A stretch of 64,000 nt of DNA from the human T2T-CHM13v2.0 reference genome, Homo sapiens, in NCBI RefSeq assembly GCF_009914755.1, contig NC_060931.1; one strand, 5' to 3'. The notes below the pieces were generated by a model. The model saw only the letters and a program-made list of their open reading frames with translations. It did not search any database and was not told the DNA's origin. Positions 56,530-64,000 of the stretch are shown here, piece by piece (the first letter of the stretch is position 1; each line of letters begins with the position of its first letter). A program made the translations under genes and the position numbers.

Positions 56530-58146
56530 TTAGTAATATATTTATTTGCTAATTGACAAACAAAATTGTATTTGTTCACTATATATAATATATTGTTTTG
56601 AAGTCTATATACATTATGGAATGACTAGGTCTAGGTAACTAACATATGCACTGCCTCGTATAGTTATCATTTTTGTGGATATTTTGCATTCATTCTCTTA
56701 GCATTGTTTAAGAATACAATATATGGCTAACTATAGTCTCTGTGTTGTATGATAGACGTCTTTAACTTCCTCCTATCTAATTGAAATTTCGTATTCTTTG
56801 ACCAATATCTTCCCAACCACCATCCACCAACTACCCCAGCCCCTGGTAACTACCATTCTATTCTCTACTTATATGAGATCAACTTTTTAAGATTCCATTT
56901 ATGAGGGCAATCATGCAATATTTGTCTTTGTTCCTTTGGTTGGTTTGTTTCACTTAACATAAGGTCCTCCAGGTTCATCCATGTTGTCACAAATAACAAG
57001 ATTTCCTCCTTTTTCATGGCTGAATATAGTATTCCACTGTGTATACATACAGCATTTTCTTTATCCATTCACCCATCAATGGATACTTAGATTGATTCCA
57101 TCTCAGCTGTTGTGAATAATGCTGCAGCGAACGTGAGAATGTAGATATCTCTTTGACATACAGATTTCATTTCCTTTGGATATATACTCAGTAGTGAGAT
57201 TGCTGGATCACTTAGGAGTTCTGTTTCATTAATTTTTTTTTTTTGAGGAACCTCCATACTGTTTTAAATACTGGCTAGTTTACATTATCACCAACATCAG
57301 GCAAGTTCTCCTTTCTTTACATCCTCACCAACACTTGTTCTCTTTTGTCTTTTTGACGTTCTGAGAAGTATGAGGTCATGTCACATTGTAGTTTTAATTT
57401 GTCTTTCCCTAATGATTAGTGATGTTGAGCATTTTTTCATATAGCTATTGACCATTTTGTATATCTTGTTTAGAGAAATTTAGAGTCATGGCTCATTTTT
57501 AAATTGAGCTATTTGTTATTCTTTGTTTGTTCTGCCATTGAGTTGTTTGAGTTCCTTGTTTATTTTGGATATAAACCCCTTATCAGATGTGTAGTTTGCA
57601 AATATTTTCTTTCCCCCATTCTGTAGGTTTTCTCTTTACTCTGTTGATTGTTTCCTTTGCTGTAGAACAGCTTTCTATTTTGATGCAGTCCTATTTGTCT
57701 ATCTTTGCTTTTGTCGCCTGTGCTTTTGAAGTTATATCCAAAAATCGTTGCTCAGAAAAATGTCATGTAGCTTTTTTTTCTATGGTTTTTCAACGAGTTT
57801 CACAGTTTGGGGTCTTATATTTCAGTTTTTAATCCATTTTAAGCAGATTTTTATATATGGTGTGAGATAAGGATCTAATTTTATTATTCTATATGTGGGT
57901 ATCCAGTTTTCCCAGCACCATATATTAAAGAGACTCTCCTTTCTCCATGGTGTGTTCATAGTACCTTTGTTGAATATTATTAGTTATAAGTGCATAAATT
58001 TATTTCTGGAGTTCCTATCTTGTCTCATTGTTCTACACGTCTGTTTTTATGCCAGTGTTGTGATGTTTTGGTTACTATAGCTATGTAGTATATTTTGAAA
58101 TCAGGGAGTGTGATGCTTCCAGTTTTGTTCTTTTTGCTCAATATCA
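56530..58146 (-). mobile_element. 5'-truncated L1MA (about MA5-8)
   Basis: Antisense L1MA 3' UTR and ORF2 C-terminal remnants (TTWMNLEDLMLSE). Confidence 0.85.
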
Positions 58147-61100
58147 CACACTCCTTTCTAAACCTCATCATCGTTTAGGGTATATAATACAATTAATAAA
58201 TGCATATATAATTATATGTCTTTTCAAATAATTGATAACCTAAACTTGATAACCAATCATAGTTTTACATACTAACTGGCAGTTCCTTTCTATCTTGCCC
58301 TGAATCTTATTTTATAGACATACATTTCCAGGATGTTACATGAGCCTTCAGTTTAGCTCATCAATACTCAGCTATCCAAAATTCCTCATTGCCTTGCAGC
58401 AGTTTTTCCCAATACCAGGGCCATGTTCTTAGCTGGCTTTGAAAAATGTTTTGAAGAGGCATCTTCTCCAGAAATCTTTTGAGACTGATCTCCCCAAATA
58501 TGAATGGTGCTAGGATTATTTTACTAATAATTGAACCTTCTAATGCTTTTCTCTTTGTTATTGATTTCTTTTGTGGCATTAATTTTTAAAGTGCTTGATT
58601 TCCCAGTTGATTATTTGCTATATTAATCATATGTCTTTCAAGGTCTTGGCTTTGTTAATACTGTCTTAACTGACTACAGAATGAAGACTTCTAACTTTCA
58701 GGTAAGGATTCCGCGTTTTTTATTCAGGACAGGTCCAAAAAATGGCAAGATAACAGCAAGGGGATTCATTTGCCTGCAGGCAGTTTGGTTAAAATTCTCC
58801 CTTAGTTCTCATATACACATTATAATTTGCATTTTAATTTTACTGTCTTCACAACCACGAAAGCATATTTAGGTAAAAGTGCTAATTAGATCTTTGTAAA
58901 CAACCATATGTTATTTTGGTTTATGAAATTTAAAGAGCAATTAAAAACACATATATTTACTACTTATAGGTGGGAGTGGGAATGACTTTAATCTGAAAAG
59001 TGTAAGTGAATCTGAGGAAAAAGCTAAATTAGAGATGTGTTGAATGATCTTTTGGAAGAAACTAAAAGAAATTTGAAACTTTTCTTCAGAAAACCATAGG
59101 GCCACACAATGCTACACATTGAGCCTCACCATAATTAAATCAAAATACTTGAAAATTATATTTCAAACCTCTTTTCAACTACTGTACTTACCTTAGAGAA
59201 ATCTTCAAAAGAAATCTGTGGTATGTTTATTGTTAATGAAAGCATGTCATTCTTTCTCTGGTGACTTATCCGTCTTTATCAGTTTCACTGTGAAGAGCAG
59301 AGTGATATATGAGTGTGATAACTTAAGATGACATCTTATAGTGCAATCCATTATCTGAAAGATTTAAGGAAAAAGCTCTCTGAAAAAACATAATTAAGAA
59401 AATAAATGTTTTTAGAAATATAATAAAGATCTTTTATGGTTTTGGTTCAGGAACATCCATTTCTATAATATGATACACTAAGGAAATAGTCTGCCAATCA
59501 TCTAAATAACACTTGTATTTTGATTTTTATTGGTTTGGCTTCTCCACAAAGAAACTAACAAATCATTAACAAGGATTAAGAACAAAAAAGTGTCTAAAGT
59601 TTTTTTAGAAATGGATTGAGGAAGTAGATTAAAAGGAGACTCAGAGAAAAGAGACTGTTTTCTAAAAATATGGCCACGTTGTAAATGTGTGTTTATTTTC
59701 TCACCAATAAAAATAGGCAATATGTTGTTTATTGCCTGGATAGTTGGACTTGACTTGGTTTTTGGCTCCTGATTTTTGGTCTGAGTCTAATGAACCAATA
59801 AAAATCTCTTGATGTGCCACATAAGTAACTCCCACTTGACCCCATTCCAGGAGCTAAAGAATCTCATGGCTTCAACAAATTCTCCTGAACCTTGCTTTGG
59901 AATTATATTGTTTATTTGTAATAGTTATTTTCTCTTTGCCTTAGTTGATTTAAGAAGTCTAGTATCACGTCAGGATCATAATATATAGATACAGAACTCC
60001 TTAAAAATAAACCCCAAATCTAAAATCAGGATTGAAAAAAGGACAGAAGTGAAATCAACCAAAGTAAATGTTTAAAATATGCATTCTTAGCTGTGCTTAT
60101 TCAAATTGGTCAACTCTGAATATCTTCGTTTCTTTTTTTTTTTAATTCCACTGGTTACAGATTCCAAATTTCATCCATTCCTTCTTGCCTTAAACTGTGA
60201 TCTGTAACCTGTGCCTTCACTCAAATTACCATTTCAGCTCTTTTACAAACATCAAATAGCAAAGGGCAATATGGATATTTTATTAGACTTGCACAGATCA
60301 GAAACAAAAAATGTGCACACAGGTTCAGGGGACTATGTGCAGCATTTCTGTAAGGAAATAGTGGGTGTGAGGTATAGAGAGAAAACTTTCCCATCATCAA
60401 GTTCCTGGACACTATGGTACTGCACTTGTCCCACTATAATTCCTTTAAAGTATAGCGACTACTTTTCACCTTTGTAATAACTACGGTACTTCTAAAGGGC
60501 CACTACAATAGCAATGAGAATATCATCTGTTTTTCTTGGAGGTGGTAGTTTTCATCAAGCATATCAAGACATATGAGAAGATGGTATTTAAAATATTCAG
60601 CCAACAATATGTCCTGGGCATGGACCAGAATGAACACTGGCCGAAGTGCTAAAGCAATATATTGGGGCCCCGGCTGTTTCTGAGATGTGGGGACTTTTGT
60701 GAGGTCTACCCTAGTGTACACCCGGAGTAGATTCAGGAAACCTAAGCCGTTGATGTTTACCAGTTATACAAAAGTATTTCAATACCTGAACTGCTGTGGC
60801 TATACCAGGGCATGTTCACTAAATATTAGCCATGGACTTTGCAAATTTAAGCAAGCAGACATAAAAATAAGTCATACAGTCATTCTGATGTTCTTGCCAT
60901 TGCACATGCTCTCTCTCTCTCTGTCTCCCTCTCTATATATAATTTATTATACAATACATTATAATAAATAGTATGTATAATAAATAGCATAAACTAATAC
61001 CTACAAAATATATAATAACATATTAGTCATATTAGACATATTCTTATACCCAATTAAATTTTTATTAATAGAATAGACATAAGGCTGGAGTGCAATTAAT

Positions 61101-61868
61101 GCAAAATTAATATATACGTTATATAACTCATGTATAAAGACAGAATATTTAACATTAGAATATTTTGTTATTCTTGTTTGGCATTGCTTTCAAAGTCCAT
61201 TTCTGTTCCACATAAAGAAATTCATTTCAGGTTTTCATAGTCGTAACCCACATATTTGAAAGGGGAAGTTTCATGTGTATGAGATCATAGACCAAAGAGC
61301 ATATTTGTAACCATCATTGGTTGTTTTTGTCTGTTTCATTTAGTTTTTATAGAAATAGAACGGATTTGGAAGCTTACTGTAAACACTGTGAAATGGTGAA
61401 GACTTAAGAAGCTTTTCTTAAATCTCTAAACTGCTGAGAGCGTCCTAGTATGACAAAATGGTGCCGTCCTTTAGTACTTAAATAAATATCATTCTTCCTG
61501 AAACACTACAGTTAAACTCAGTGGGTCACTTTTGTGCTTTGGGGTGTAAGACCCCAAATATTAACCTGAGGAACCTAAAAGCACACCAGAACTTTCTGAA
61601 ACTTTTTCCCCCATGCTAGATGGGGTTTGGTCTAGGAGAAAAGTTTTGCTTCTCTTCCCAGTGGGTCTTGTTTTAGAACTCTCTAAAGCAATGAGCTTCT
61701 CTGGTTTATCTTCCATCTTGTTTATTGTACCTAGTCTCTGACATGCAGAAATGACTTAATAAAGGTTTTCTGAATTCGTGAAATTCACCTCCTGAAAATT
61801 ACCACCTTATGATCTGAAAAAACTATCTGCTCAACAGAAAGTTACTCATATATCTGCTTCTATAGATA

Positions 61869-62096
61869 CAGTAGTCTCCCTTACCCATGGTTTAGCTTTC
61901 TGTACTTTCAGTTAACTGCAGCCAACTGTGGTCTGAAACTATCACAGTATTTTGCAAGAGAGAGAGAGAGAGAGACTACATTCATGTAAATTTTATTACA
62001 GAAAACATGGCATATATGGGACTTAGTGCTATCTGTGGTTTCAGCATCCACTGGGGTCTTGGAATGTGTCACCCATGGATAAAGGGGGAATTACTC
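61869..62096 (+). mobile_element. MER44A-like (Tigger7-derived) MITE with internal deletion
   Basis: TA|cagtagtctcccttacccatgg ... ccatggataaagggggaattact TIRs, with an internal (GA)n. Confidence 0.8.
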
Positions 62097-63339
62097 TGCT
62101 AGATTTGGTAAAAAGGCAGACTAGTGGAGAGATCTTCTGAAAAAAGGAGATAGGAAATGTTACTGAAGAGAAATAGAAAATATTGTATTAATTTATTAAA
62201 AGTAAAGGTTATTAGAAGGTATTAAATTTTTGATATAATGTAGGTGACAGTGTGAGTGGGGAAAGACCTGTAAGTGCAACAAGGGGATGAAATTCCCTAT
62301 CTTCTAGCCATACTCCAGTACATAAACGGCTTAAAAATAATGTATATCAAAGCAATGTAATAAAGGATTACCGTGATGAATTTTATGAGATTAAGCTGCA
62401 GTTAATTTCCTTATGCATTTAAGATTAATAAACTGCTAATTAGAATATGCAAATAAGGGTTTCTGAAGCCTAAAATATATTCCCTAGCATCTTACCCATA
62501 AATCTTATTCAGTAACTATTTTGTTATATAATTGGGGAATAACAGATTGATGAGCCAATCTAATTATGTGAAATTTACATGTGTATGGTATTTTATAATA
62601 AAGGACATGAACTAATGTTAAAGTAGTGGAAAGTAGTTGTAACATTCATTATAGTTATTAATTACAAAATTTAACTTAGTTTGAAAGTACTTTGTGCCAT
62701 ATAAGCTATCAGCCACACCAAGTACTCTTACTACACATCTGGTGCATAATTGTCGGGTGAGACTGAGCCCATCAGCAATTACAGCAATTATTGGGACTCT
62801 TACATTTACAGCTCACACACATCACACCCAAGCACACGTTTCTGGAATATTGCTGATCATCCAGGGACCTAGATAACAACTAATTGCCTCATTATGCAAA
62901 GTGGGGAAAGATATTCGTATTTCTTACATCTTCTGTTCTACATTATACACATAGAGATGCCTGTTTGACAGCAAGCAACAGATAAAAGAATATTAGAATT
63001 ATTTTTGTGCCCAGTTAAGGTTTTTTGGGTTTGGCTTCGACTTTTTCATAAAGAAAGCATCTTCATGAGGCTGGAGGACATAAAGCAATTTGAAAGCTAT
63101 TATGGGTAAAAAACATCTAAAGGGTTTACACACACACAAACACGATGAAGGAATTAGGAAGGGCTCTAATGATCCTACTATTTACTACTTTGGCAAGATA
63201 CCAAATGGAATAAGAATTAAAATTCTATTGAAAATTAATTCAACTGAGTGGACAGAATGCTATGAAGTATTCGGGGCATTTTCTTTCATATAATATATAA
63301 CATTTACTAATATGTTCAAGTAACAAAAGTTACCTTTAT

Positions 63340-63520
63340 ACAGTTCACCTGTACTCTGTGTATTTGTCCAACATTCCCATGAAGGACAAATGTAATTAAT
63401 CCCAATTTAAACAGGTAAAAAATGAAACTTTGATATATGCAAACTGCAATTTGTAATCAATAGTGAGAAAATGGAAACTGCAGCCTTTGCAATCCAGTTC
63501 TGTGTTCTTTATACCTGTGT
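63340..63520 (-). mobile_element. MIR remnant
   Basis: taatcccaatttaaacaggtaaaaaatgaaact. Confidence 0.4.
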
Positions 63521-64000
63521 ATTGCCAGATCTATGTGTGTAAATAAAATTCAACAAAGAAATACCTGATAAGATAAGTTTTGTGGGCATTTATAGCACAC
63601 TTAGTGAAAATATATAATATCACCAAGCCCGCCATATTAGACCACTTTTACCTTATTTTTCTTACTTTAATCAATATTTCATTAAATTTGACTTAACTTT
63701 ATGTGTAAAGATACTGGTATGAACAACAATTACCTTGTCCATATTATTATCTCTTCCAGCTTTTTCAGAGCAGTTTGAACAAATGAATAAAAACTTGAGA
63801 AACATAAAAGATGCCTAACTAATACATATGGCACATGCATTATAATATTAAAAGGGAAGAATTCTCAACTTGTTATGTACACACTCAAGCTTTTTTTTTT
63901 TTTTTTTGAGTATTCAATTAGCAGAATAACCCTACAGAATCCGTCAATATCCTGTCTTCACTGTGAACAGAATAGAAAATTCCTCTTCTTTTTTTTTTAA

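Noticed and set aside
60600-60860. GC-richer island that might be a hAT MITE
   Set aside because: I could not identify convincing TIRs or a TSD.

Overview
Primate, very likely human, genomic DNA from inside the CNTNAP2 (CASPR2) gene on the + strand. The only protein-coding segment I can support is one 201-nt internal exon (19269-19469, phase 1-1; exon 13 by my recollection of the gene structure), which encodes part of the fibrinogen-like domain. The rest is intron, densely populated with transposable-element fossils. These include two adjacent sense-strand long L1s (L1MA-type and L1PB-type, the second with nested Alus and a two-LTR THE1), about 10 Alu/FLAM copies (one an AluYa5), MaLR and ERV1 solo LTRs, several Tigger-family DNA transposons (one a near full-length Tigger3/Golem), and MIR and L2 remnants. 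The other ORF-track entries are decayed TE frames or chance ORFs. I found no convincing novel biological system. The most interesting leads are modest and concern how the exon's splice context and nearby TEs could affect CNTNAP2 processing. Repeat subfamily names come from remembered consensus sequences, not a RepeatMasker run.
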